Shown piece after piece: positions 26,873 to 34,174 of a DNA stretch of 36,863 nucleotides; position 1 is the stretch's first letter; the number at the start of each line of letters is the position of its first letter. Made by a program: the position numbers and the translations under genes. The stretch comes from a virus. The stretch lies in the IMG/VR virus record IMGVR_UViG_3300027114_000002, positions 1 to 36,863 of that record; one strand, 5' to 3'. Under the pieces are notes generated by a model. The model ran no database searches, was not told the origin of the DNA, and worked only from the letters and a program-made list of their open reading frames with translations.

Positions 26873-28570
26873 ATGCCACTTTGTCCGCAAATCACAATCA
26901 CTCCAATTACAGTTACTACAACTGGAATGACTCAGACTTCAATCATTCCCATTGTTGCAGCAACAACAGAAGAGACTGACGAACTTCAAACCGAAATCAA
27001 TTCTATTGAAGCATCTGTTAATGGAAAGAATCATATTTACCGACAAGCAACTGCTCCAGATGGATCTGTTTATCCTTTAACTGAAGGCGATGTTTGGTTC
27101 GATACCGATGATGGAAATAAACAATACTATTGGACCGGTTTAGCGTGGGTTTCAGTGCAAGATCTTGGAATTCAAGCAGCAGAAGATGCAGCTGCAGCAG
27201 CTTCATCAGCTGCAGCAGCGGCAACTGCAGCATCAGCAGCAGCAACCGCAGCTGCAACTGCGGCAGCGGCAGCGGCAACTGCGGCGCAAACAACTGCCGA
27301 TGGTAAAAATAAGATCTATCGACAAACAACTATGCCAACTACAGGTCCTTTCACAGAAGGAGATCTTTGGTTTGATACAGATGACGATAACAAGTTTTAT
27401 CGTTACACTAGTGGTGTATTTTCTCCTTTTACTCTAGGAAATGAAGCTCTTGCTTCTTTATCTGCAACTAAACTTACAGCTGGAACTATTGATGCTTCTG
27501 TCATTACAGTCTCAAATATCAATGCAGGAAATATTTCGACTGGTGTACTTAATGCTGATCGTATTCAAGCAGCAAGTATTACTGGAGCAAAATTAGTTGC
27601 TGGCACTATTGAAGCAGTATCAATTGCTGCCGGTACAATTACAGGTGCAAAACTTGCGGTAGGAACTATTGAAGCAGTATCAATTGCTGCCGGTACAATT
27701 ACAGGTGCAAAAATTGCAGCATCAACTATTACAGCAAGCAATATTGCTACAGCAACAATTACTGCTGACCAAATCGCAGGTGCCACAATCACTGCGGCTG
27801 AAATCGCAGCAGAGACCATCACCGCGGCCGAAATCGCAGCAGCAACAATTACCGTTGACAAATTAGTTGCAGGTACGTTAACTGCATTTACTCTTCAAAC
27901 TTCAACTGGCACACGTAGAGTTACAATCTCAGCAGCAAACAACGCAATTTCATTTAGAGAAGCTGGAACAACTGTTGGTTGGGTTGGTCCTGCATCTGTT
28001 GATGGCGTAGTAATTCATTATGGTTCTACTTTTAATGCAAATGTAACCACATATCCAAATGCGTATGTATCTTCAGGCGACGCTAGAATTGCTTTCAGTT
28101 CAACAAAATATGTGCAAGTTAGCACTACTGGAGTTGTTTGCAGCGGTGATTTGTATAGTCTTACAAACTTTTACAATCAAGATACAACTACTACAGCAAA
28201 CGCAGCAAATACGTGGATGTCGGCAACAACTGGATTAACTCGTAGAAGCACTGCATCTAGTCAAAGATACAAAGAAAATATTGTAGATGTCAGAACAATT
28301 ACCGAACTTGATCCAAACAAATTGTTAAGCTTACCAGTTCGTGCATTTAACTATAAAGCGGACTATTTAGATGCTGCAGATGACCGGTCAGGTTTAATGT
28401 TGCCAGGATTTATTGCAGAAGAAGTTGCAGAAGTTTATTCAATAGCTGCTGATAAAAATGATGGTGTAATAGAATCTTGGAATGATCGTTTTGTTGTTCC
28501 AGGCATGTTGGCTTTAATTCAAGATCTACACGTGCGTATACAAACACTTGAGGGGAATGCAAATGGATAA
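26873..28570 (+). CDS. Tail fibre/tip protein with a C-terminal intramolecular chaperone (peptidase S74-like) domain
   Basis: The C-terminus SSQRYKENIVDV...LPVRAFNYKAD...GFIAEEVAEV fits S74. There is a decapeptide-periodic xxITxxxIxx beta-helix-like region, a duplicated GKNxIYRQ...GD(V/L)WFDTDD motif and a poly-Ala linker. Confidence 0.7.
   Translation: MPLCPQITITPITVTTTGMTQTSIIPIVAATTEETDELQTEINSIEASVNGKNHIYRQATAPDGSVYPLTEGDVWFDTDDGNKQYYWTGLAWVSVQDLGIQAAEDAAAAASSAAAAATAASAAATAAATAAAAAATAAQTTADGKNKIYRQTTMPTTGPFTEGDLWFDTDDDNKFYRYTSGVFSPFTLGNEALASLSATKLTAGTIDASVITVSNINAGNISTGVLNADRIQAASITGAKLVAGTIEAVSIAAGTITGAKLAVGTIEAVSIAAGTITGAKIAASTITASNIATATITADQIAGATITAAEIAAETITAAEIAAATITVDKLVAGTLTAFTLQTSTGTRRVTISAANNAISFREAGTTVGWVGPASVDGVVIHYGSTFNANVTTYPNAYVSSGDARIAFSSTKYVQVSTTGVVCSGDLYSLTNFYNQDTTTTANAANTWMSATTGLTRRSTASSQRYKENIVDVRTITELDPNKLLSLPVRAFNYKADYLDAADDRSGLMLPGFIAEEVAEVYSIAADKNDGVIESWNDRFVVPGMLALIQDLHVRIQTLEGNANG
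27606..27713 (+). repeat. 60-bp tandem duplication inside the fibre gene
   Basis: ctattgaagcagtatcaattgctgccggtacaattacaggtgcaaaa occurs at 27606 and again at 27666 without mismatch. Confidence 0.9.
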
Positions 28571-28709
28571 TCAGACAGAACTAGACATAAACGTGGTTAT
28601 TGCTGTATTAAGAGAGCAAATCGGTTTGCTAGCTCTGGACAAAGCAATGCTCACAGCTAGAATTGGGGATCTAGAAACAAAACTCAAGGAGAAGAATGAC
28701 TGTGAATGA
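28563..28709 (+). CDS. Small coiled-coil protein (48 aa)
   Basis: The ATG overlaps the end of the fibre gene, and the sequence has a helical heptad composition. Confidence 0.35.
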   Translation: MDNQTELDINVVIAVLREQIGLLALDKAMLTARIGDLETKLKEKNDCE

Positions 28710-28896
28710 CTGGGCTGCTTTAATACTTGCGGTCATATCGATACTAGGATCGTTTGTAGTGGCTATACGTTGGTTGGTAAAACATTTCTTAAATGAATTA
28801 AAGCCAAATGGTGGATCAAGTTTGAAAGATTCGGTTGTTAGATTAGAAACTCAAATGGAATTGATAGTAAAGATGCTTACAAAGGAGATAAAATGA
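28696..28896 (+). CDS. Holin-like/lysis-associated membrane protein (1 TM)
   Basis: It has one N-terminal TM segment (WAALILAVISILGSFVVAIRWLV) followed by a charged helical tail. It sits upstream of the holin and lysin. Confidence 0.5.
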   Translation: MTVNDWAALILAVISILGSFVVAIRWLVKHFLNELKPNGGSSLKDSVVRLETQMELIVKMLTKEIK

Positions 28897-29129
28897 AAGA
28901 AACTAAGAAACTAATTATTCGTCTTGCTGCAGTTTTTTATGTATCTGCATTAGCAACAATTGGAGCAGGTTCATTATTTGGAGTTCCAGCAGCTACAGCC
29001 GCAGGAATTGCTGGTCTTCTAGCAGTTGCTAAAGTTGGAGAATCACTTGCAAAAGCTTATATTGCCGATGGCAAACTAAGCAAAGATGAAATTGACGGAG
29101 CGTTTAACGAACCAAAGGGTAAAAAGTGA
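28893..29129 (+). CDS. Holin (2 TM)
   Basis: It has two hydrophobic segments and a charged C-terminus, and it lies immediately upstream of the endolysin. Confidence 0.6.
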   Translation: MKETKKLIIRLAAVFYVSALATIGAGSLFGVPAATAAGIAGLLAVAKVGESLAKAYIADGKLSKDEIDGAFNEPKGKK

Positions 29130-29608
29130 ATCTAACCGAAATTGCTGATGGTTATATTGGTTATACAGAAGGACCAAATAACGACACAACCTTTGGCAAG
29201 TGGTACAAATTAAACCATCAACCGTGGTGTGCAATGTCCGCATCAAAGATCTTTCATGAAGCTGGAATGATTAAAGCTGTTGCTCCAAAGACTAATCCTA
29301 AAGGTTTTGCATCATGCGATCAGTGGCTAAAGTATTTAACTGCAAATAATCAGTTAGTGCCAATTGGCCAAGCACAACGAGGAGACATTGTTTTCTTTCA
29401 GTTTGATAGTGATGCTCAACCAGATCATGTCGGCATTGTCCGCTATCACAATACAAAATTAAAGTATATGAATGTATGGGAAGGCAACACGTCGGACAAC
29501 AAAAAAGGTAGTCAATCAAATGGCGACGGGTTCTACTTAAAACGACGCAAGTACGATACAATTATGGCAGTTGCACGTCCAACAAGCATTGGAACAGGAA
29601 AGAAATAA
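29126..29608 (+). CDS. Endolysin, CHAP/NlpC-P60-type peptidoglycan amidase/peptidase
   Basis: QPWCAMSASKIF carries the catalytic Cys. RGDIVFFQF...PDHVGIV carries the His, and WEGNTS is also present. Confidence 0.75.
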   Translation: MNLTEIADGYIGYTEGPNNDTTFGKWYKLNHQPWCAMSASKIFHEAGMIKAVAPKTNPKGFASCDQWLKYLTANNQLVPIGQAQRGDIVFFQFDSDAQPDHVGIVRYHNTKLKYMNVWEGNTSDNKKGSQSNGDGFYLKRRKYDTIMAVARPTSIGTGKK

Positions 29609-29859
29609 TGGCAGCTGCGGGGGATTTATCAAAAGACATTGGTGAAATACTTAAACCAACTCGTGATAAAAAGTGCATATTAGGAAAGTATTTTGAAGAT
29701 CTATCAGATGATGATTCTACTTCATTAGAAGTATTGTTAAACTCTACTGTATCTAACGCCAAAATATCTGATCTGCTTAATCGTCACGGATTTGCAATAG
29801 GTGAAACTGCAATTTGGAAACATAGAGCTGGCAGTTGTGCCTGCGTGAGGCCTCAATGA
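29608..29859 (+). CDS. Hypothetical small protein (possible HTH)
   Basis: It is an ORF with TAATG coupling to the upstream gene. Confidence 0.4.
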   Translation: MAAAGDLSKDIGEILKPTRDKKCILGKYFEDLSDDDSTSLEVLLNSTVSNAKISDLLNRHGFAIGETAIWKHRAGSCACVRPQ

Positions 29860-30905
29860 CAATTTCTGAAGAAGCAAAACAATTACAACTTGAGTCTGAT
29901 CCAAATGTTACTGAATTACGTCAAACACTCGTACGAACACAAAAAGAATTATCTAAAGCAAAACAACGCACAGAAGAATTAGTAGAAGCCACAATCCAAG
30001 CATGTAAAGATGCAACTTTGGCTTTAGGTCCAATGAAACCTATTGAAGGTCCAAAACCAGATAAACGCCGCAAAAGAGCAGAAGTTGCTTTGTGGCATTT
30101 AACTGATTGGCAAGGTGCAAAAGTAACTCCTAGTTATAACTCAGAAATCATGAGAACTAGAGTTATGGACTTTACAATAAAGGCAACTAAAATTACTGAA
30201 ATACAAAGACAAGACCATCCAGTCAATGATGTTGTTATCTGCTTTGGTGGAGATATGGTCGAAGGTCTTTTTAATTATCCAGCTCAATTGTGGGAAATTG
30301 ATCTTAGTCTTTATGACCAGTACATAACTGTTAGTCGTCTGATTGTAGATGTTGTAAGGCAAGCACTAGCAGTTTATCAACATGTAACTGTAATTGCAGA
30401 ATGGGGAAATCATGGCCGAATCGGAAACAAAAGAGCAGACGTACCGAAGTCTGACAATTTTGATCGTATGTGTTATGAGCTTGCTCGTCAGTTACTTTGT
30501 TCTGAAGAAGCAACTGCTAAAAGACTGACATGGGATCCACGCCATGGTGTTGAAGATATTCAACGCATTGAAATCGGTAATTATCGAGCTTTGCTTATGC
30601 ACGGCGATGAAGTTGGTAGATCTGGTTTTGCTTCTCCGGCCGGATGGCAAGCAGCTGGAAACCGTTGGAAAGCCGGAGCATACGACTGGGAATTTCAAGA
30701 TATATACCTCGGTCATTACCATCGTCATGCGCAAGAACCATTGTCAGATGGTCTTGGATCTGTATATTGGACCGGTTCAACAGAGTCCGATAACCGCTAC
30801 GCACGAGACTCTATGGCGGCCTCAGGTGTTCCTTCTCAAAGATTGCACTTCATTGATCCCGAACGAGGTCGTGTCACTGCTTGTTATCAAGTTTGGTTAG
30901 ACTAA
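29856..30905 (+). CDS. Calcineurin-like metallophosphoesterase with an N-terminal coiled coil
   Basis: Motifs are GGDMVEG (GDxxD-like), WGNHGR (GNH), LLMHGDE and LGHYHRH (GHxH). The first DxH motif appears to be LTDWQ. Confidence 0.7.
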   Translation: MTISEEAKQLQLESDPNVTELRQTLVRTQKELSKAKQRTEELVEATIQACKDATLALGPMKPIEGPKPDKRRKRAEVALWHLTDWQGAKVTPSYNSEIMRTRVMDFTIKATKITEIQRQDHPVNDVVICFGGDMVEGLFNYPAQLWEIDLSLYDQYITVSRLIVDVVRQALAVYQHVTVIAEWGNHGRIGNKRADVPKSDNFDRMCYELARQLLCSEEATAKRLTWDPRHGVEDIQRIEIGNYRALLMHGDEVGRSGFASPAGWQAAGNRWKAGAYDWEFQDIYLGHYHRHAQEPLSDGLGSVYWTGSTESDNRYARDSMAASGVPSQRLHFIDPERGRVTACYQVWLD

Positions 30906-31174
30906 TGAACCGCAAAGAGATCTTAGAAGAAGCAACTTATTTAATTTATAACGATCGACAAGCAGATTATGGAACTCCACAACAAAACCATGATCGAATT
31001 GCAAAGCTTTGGAGTGTAGTTTTAGGCATTACCGTAGAACCTTGGCAAGTTGCATTATGCATGAATCAAGTAAAAGTTGCTAGACTAGTCCAATCACCTG
31101 AGAAATTAGATGGTTGGATAGATGGAGCAGCTTATATGGCTATTGGCGGAGAACTGGCTACGGAGGAAAAATGA
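30905..31174 (+). CDS. Small conserved phage protein of unknown function
   Basis: NDRQADYGTPQQNHDRIAKLW...KVARL resembles a widespread phage helical domain. I cannot assign a function. Confidence 0.4.
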   Translation: MNRKEILEEATYLIYNDRQADYGTPQQNHDRIAKLWSVVLGITVEPWQVALCMNQVKVARLVQSPEKLDGWIDGAAYMAIGGELATEEK

Positions 31175-31767
31175 CAACACTCATTGCATTTCAACATGAT
31201 GACTATTGCATCATTGCCGCAGATACCCAAACAACTGGTTATGACATGAGAGCTGATTGTTCTCCAATGGGCAAAATTGCAGAGAATGGCAAGTATTTAG
31301 TTTCTGCTGCAGGTTTAGTCCGAGGCATGAATCTGATCCAACACGCTTTTAATCCACCAGCTCCTCCAAGATCAAAGAATCTAGATAAGTTTATGGTGAC
31401 TCAGTTTGTGCCAAATCTACGCAAAACCTTCGGAATCTCAGGTTATGACATCAAATCTGAAGGCTATCCATCATCTTTTGAGAATGATTTCATAGTTGCC
31501 GTCAATGGAACTATCTACTTTATCGATGAAGTCTATGGATTAGAAAAGACAAAAGACAAGGTTTACACAACAGGAACAGGCGCTAAACTCGCTCTTGGAG
31601 CTGCTCACGCGCTAGGAATTGATGAAGTAGATGATTATGAAGACGCAATTGAAATCTTAGAACAAGCGGTTAAAACTGCCATTCGATTCGATATAAATAG
31701 CGGTGGTCAAGTCCAAGTTGCAGTACAAACAAGAGCTGGAAAGAATCACATTGCATTCCTAGATTAA
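31171..31767 (+). CDS. Proteasome beta/HslV-like Ntn-hydrolase (Thr protease)
   Basis: A GGAGGA RBS precedes the start. After Met removal the protein begins TTLIAF...IIAADTQTT, giving Thr1 and Asp17, with a Lys at position 34. GTGAKLALGAAHAL aligns with HslV GSGGPYAQAAARAL. Confidence 0.7.
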   Translation: MTTLIAFQHDDYCIIAADTQTTGYDMRADCSPMGKIAENGKYLVSAAGLVRGMNLIQHAFNPPAPPRSKNLDKFMVTQFVPNLRKTFGISGYDIKSEGYPSSFENDFIVAVNGTIYFIDEVYGLEKTKDKVYTTGTGAKLALGAAHALGIDEVDDYEDAIEILEQAVKTAIRFDINSGGQVQVAVQTRAGKNHIAFLD

Positions 31768-31782
31768 AAGAACAAAAAAGAA

Positions 31783-31820
31783 GCCCCTGCCTTTCGGCAG
31801 GGGCCTTTTTCTTTTTGTTT
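31783..31820. terminator. Bidirectional rho-independent terminator between convergent genes
   Basis: The hairpin GCCCCTGCC-tttc-GGCAGGGGC is followed by CTTTTTCTTTTTGTTTT and preceded by an A-rich tract (aaagaacaaaaaagaa). Confidence 0.85.
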
Positions 31821-32785
31821 TAGCGAACCATCTCCAAAACTCGATCTGAGAGAGATGTTCCTTGATTCATCATGAATCGCTCGCCTGCAGCAAAATCATC
31901 TGCTGAACGAGTTGTCCGGGTCCATTGTTCGAACTCTGTGAAAGCATTAACAATTCCCCATGCTGTTCCCTTGATATTTTCTTGTGTAGATCCATTCCAG
32001 ATTCCTAGAAGTGTTCCACGGCGTTCTTCAACATTCTTAACTTGACGATCTGTCATGTTTTCTTCGATTGGCATTACATCTTTGACGATTGTCCAGAAGT
32101 CAGAGTTAGCAACTTTCTTATCAAATAGAGAAGATGAAAGAAGGTTGAATTCTTCATTTGACTTAAGAACCACACCTAGAGTTTGACGAACATCTTCGAT
32201 CTTGACATTCATACGAGCTGAATGACGGAAAGAGATAGAAGAAGCATTAGTCCAACGTGTCATTCCGTTTGTGCAGATCAGACGAAGATACTTGATTTCA
32301 AAGCGAAGTGAATCTGTTCCATCGTGAGTATTTGATGCAACTAAAAATGCTTCTACTGGATCAACATTCTTAAGAGTAAGATCAAGAGTGTTTGGAAGCT
32401 TTGCAGCCATAAAGATCTTCTTGCCACCGCGTAATTCACCAGCTGACTGGTAAATCGCACCGGCTTCGTACATAACAGAGTCCACAATATTGACGATGTC
32501 GTTGTTCTGGACAATTGTGTATGTAGGTGAAGTGATTCCAAGAACAGAAGCTGATCCGTCCTTATTGACACGAGTTGTAGCAACTTTGTCTTCAAGCTGA
32601 ACGACTGTCACGCCGCCATTGTTAATTGCTGTAGTTGAAAGTGGAGTGTGCTGAACTTCCCAATCAAGATTTGCATTCTCAAGAACTTGAACTGCAGAGA
32701 TTTGCTCGTCACTTGAATTTACCCATGTTGCTGTGCTGATCCATGGAGCCTTGCGACGTGCTGCGTTCTGGATTTGTACTGACAT
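31820..32785 (-). CDS. DUF932-like phage/plasmid protein (TIGR03299-like), function unknown
   Basis: APWISTATWV...LENANLDWEV...TTRVNKDGSASVLGITSPTYTIVQNND...LRGGKKIFMAAKL...NTHDGTDSLRFEIKYLRLICTNGM matches the pattern I recall for this family. Confidence 0.7.
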   Translation of the reverse strand: MSVQIQNAARRKAPWISTATWVNSSDEQISAVQVLENANLDWEVQHTPLSTTAINNGGVTVVQLEDKVATTRVNKDGSASVLGITSPTYTIVQNNDIVNIVDSVMYEAGAIYQSAGELRGGKKIFMAAKLPNTLDLTLKNVDPVEAFLVASNTHDGTDSLRFEIKYLRLICTNGMTRWTNASSISFRHSARMNVKIEDVRQTLGVVLKSNEEFNLLSSSLFDKKVANSDFWTIVKDVMPIEENMTDRQVKNVEERRGTLLGIWNGSTQENIKGTAWGIVNAFTEFEQWTRTTRSADDFAAGERFMMNQGTSLSDRVLEMVR

Positions 32786-32794
32786 TTTTTGCCT

Positions 32795-32804
32795 CCTGGC
32801 GGTT
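32795..32804 (-). promoter_or_regulatory. Copy A of AACCGCCAGG, fused to the SD of the DUF932-like gene
   Basis: The minus strand reads CAUCAGaaUAAACCGCCAGGAGGcaaaaaAUG. Confidence 0.55.
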
Positions 32805-32807
32805 TAT

Positions 32808-32873
32808 TCTGATGGACTCATCAGCAGTGTCATTTAACACTGGACACTCCTTGCGGAGTGTTTCGTCCTTAGA
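32808..32873 (-). ncRNA. Type II hammerhead self-cleaving ribozyme
   Basis: The minus strand reads ucuaaGGAC-GAAA-CACUCC-gcaa-GGAGUG-UC-CAGUGU-uaaaug-ACACUG-CUGAUGA-GUCC-aucaga. All core nucleotides are present: C3 U4 G5 A6 U7 G8 A9, G12 A13 A14, A15.1-U16.1 and C17. G10.1-C11.1 closes the open stem II, while stems I and III are capped. Confidence 0.85.
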
Positions 32874-33009
32874 TCTTATGAAGATATACTGCGGCAGCTT
32901 GGCAATTTATGCATTCATGCGATTCTGCACCATATTTTCCCCAAGCAACTTCTTGAGTAGTTTTACAAAAAACACATTTTGCAATTACATATTTTGGCAT
33001 AGTAATCAT
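32869..33009 (-). CDS. Small zinc-ribbon protein (46 aa), first cistron of the minus-strand operon
   Basis: An AGGAGGA RBS lies 6 nt before the ATG (33009). MITMPKYVIAKCVFCKT...HECINCQ contains two CxxC pairs. The stop codon lies inside the 5' strand of ribozyme stem II. Confidence 0.55.
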   Translation of the reverse strand: MITMPKYVIAKCVFCKTTQEVAWGKYGAESHECINCQAAAVYLHKI

Positions 33010-33019
33010 TTGATTTCCT

Positions 33020-33029
33020 CCTGGCGGTT
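33020..33029 (-). promoter_or_regulatory. Copy B of AACCGCCAGG, fused to the SD of the zinc-ribbon gene and preceded by a hairpin
   Basis: The minus strand reads GCAACC-aacc-GGUUGC-caUAAACCGCCAGGAGGaaaucaaAUG. Confidence 0.55.
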
Positions 33030-33104
33030 TATGGCAACCGGTTGGTTGCTCATAGGTACATTCAATACTGTCCATCGTCCTTTGTACACTTCATTTGAAA
33101 AGAT

Positions 33105-33133
33105 CTTTTGGAACCTTTTGGAACCTTTTGGAG
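33105..33133. repeat. 10-bp tandem iterons CTTTTGGAAC x2 plus CTTTTGGAG
   Basis: I read these directly. They have helical-turn (10-bp) phasing and lie in the divergent intergenic region. Confidence 0.85.
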
Positions 33134-33191
33134 TCCGTTTAGTCCAGATCGAGCGGCCAGGTTTGTCCCAGGACCACGGACATATCGATCC

Positions 33192-33207
33192 GAGTATATT
33201 TATACTC
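33192..33207. promoter_or_regulatory. Perfect palindrome GAGTATA-tt-TATACTC (operator-like)
   Basis: I read this directly. It lies in the divergent intergenic region. Confidence 0.5.
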
Positions 33208-33225
33208 CACACAAATGGACCCGCG

Positions 33226-33250
33226 TCCTGGTGGATCCTGGTGGTTCTGG
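33226..33250. repeat. 10-bp tandem iterons TCCTGGTGGA, TCCTGGTGGT, TCTGG
   Basis: I read these directly. Confidence 0.8.
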
Positions 33251-33377
33251 CTAATCTGTATGCTGCCGGCCAGAACAGATGTTCTAGTAAATAAGATCTT
33301 AAAGAAACATTTCCACAAATGGTGGATATTTGTCCACATTCAGTGTATATTGGTCCTTGTAAGCAACCGCTTACCTA

Positions 33378-33387
33378 AACCGCCAGG
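33378..33387 (+). promoter_or_regulatory. Copy C of AACCGCCAGG, fused to the SD of the first rightward early gene and preceded by a hairpin
   Basis: The sequence reads GTAAGC-aacc-GCTTAC-cTAAACCGCCAGGAGtaaaaATG. Confidence 0.55.
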
Positions 33388-33394
33388 AGTAAAA

Positions 33395-33610
33395 ATGAAC
33401 ACAATGTCACAAGAACAAACATCATGGAACAACGTTTGTGGACTTCCAGTTAAGTTTCTATTAACTAGAATTGTATTGAACTACGCAAACGGATCTTCAT
33501 CTCTTGAAGAATACACAGAATACTACAATCGCATGACTGTAGAACAAAAGCAATTTGCTGATGACATGGTAATGGAAATTGCAATTGCTACAAAGAAGGA
33601 GATGATCTAA
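33395..33610 (+). CDS. Hypothetical early protein (71 aa)
   Basis: The ATG follows the SD within motif copy C. The upstream part of the track ORF is rejected. Confidence 0.5.
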   Translation: MNTMSQEQTSWNNVCGLPVKFLLTRIVLNYANGSSSLEEYTEYYNRMTVEQKQFADDMVMEIAIATKKEMI

Positions 33611-33825
33611 TGTCACCACTTATTAAAGACATTATGAAAGTTACAAAAATGTCCGAATCTAATGCAAAAGAAATTGAAACAATTATTGAAGAATATTTTG
33701 ATTTAGATCAGTCAGAAGCAACTCAAAGCGAAATCAATTCTACTATTCGAGATGCAGTAGCATTTAAGAATATGAAATGTAATCATCCAAAAGGAACTCA
33801 ACACGGATTGGAGTGTATCGCATAA
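33610..33825 (+). CDS. Hypothetical early protein (71 aa)
   Basis: It has TAATG coupling to the upstream gene. Confidence 0.5.
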   Translation: MSPLIKDIMKVTKMSESNAKEIETIIEEYFDLDQSEATQSEINSTIRDAVAFKNMKCNHPKGTQHGLECIA

Positions 33826-34016
33826 TGAGTCACAAACTAATTGACGAGAATGGCGTAGAAATTCAAGGAAAGATCAGAATGGTATTTGTCTGCGATATGT
33901 GTGGCAACACAGCTGATTTTTACCATGGTATGTCCACATACGCAAAAACTATTGGTGAAAAAGTAACTGGTGAAAGTTATTGTTCTGAAATCTGTGCAAG
34001 AAAGGCGGTTGCATAA
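33825..34016 (+). CDS. Small Cys-rich (zinc-ribbon-like) protein
   Basis: The Cys pattern is CDMCGN...CSEIC. It has TAATG coupling to the upstream gene. Confidence 0.5.
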   Translation: MSHKLIDENGVEIQGKIRMVFVCDMCGNTADFYHGMSTYAKTIGEKVTGESYCSEICARKAVA

Positions 34017-34174
34017 TGACTAAAAGATCTGGAAAACTTAAGTGTGCTGCTTGTGGATCAGAAGTTTTGGTTTCTAGTAGAGCATATGGAGGATTACCGC
34101 GTTGGGTTTGCGCTGTTCAAACTTGTATAAACTCAGAAATTGCTTTAGATTTGGAGGAGTCAAGTGGCTTGTAA
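34016..34174 (+). CDS. Small zinc-ribbon-like protein (52 aa)
   Basis: The Cys pattern is KCAACGS...WVCAVQTC. It has TAATG coupling and falls below the track cut-off. Confidence 0.4.
   Translation: MTKRSGKLKCAACGSEVLVSSRAYGGLPRWVCAVQTCINSEIALDLEESSGL

Noticed and set aside
27170-27860. Possible CRISPR-like or satellite array, suggested by the regular repeats
   Set aside because: The repeats are in frame within the fibre gene and encode poly-Ala and decapeptide beta-helix repeats. There are no unique spacers of constant length and no cas genes.
32743-33339. Overlapping ORFs in the divergent intergenic region (32743..33294 +, 33006..33212 -, 33139..33339 -, and the 5' part of 33215..33610 +)
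   Set aside because: They overlap one another and the real minus-strand genes, they lack SD sequences, and they translate to odd low-complexity peptides. The region is better explained as iteron- and palindrome-rich regulatory DNA. Only the 33009 and 33395 starts have strong RBSs.
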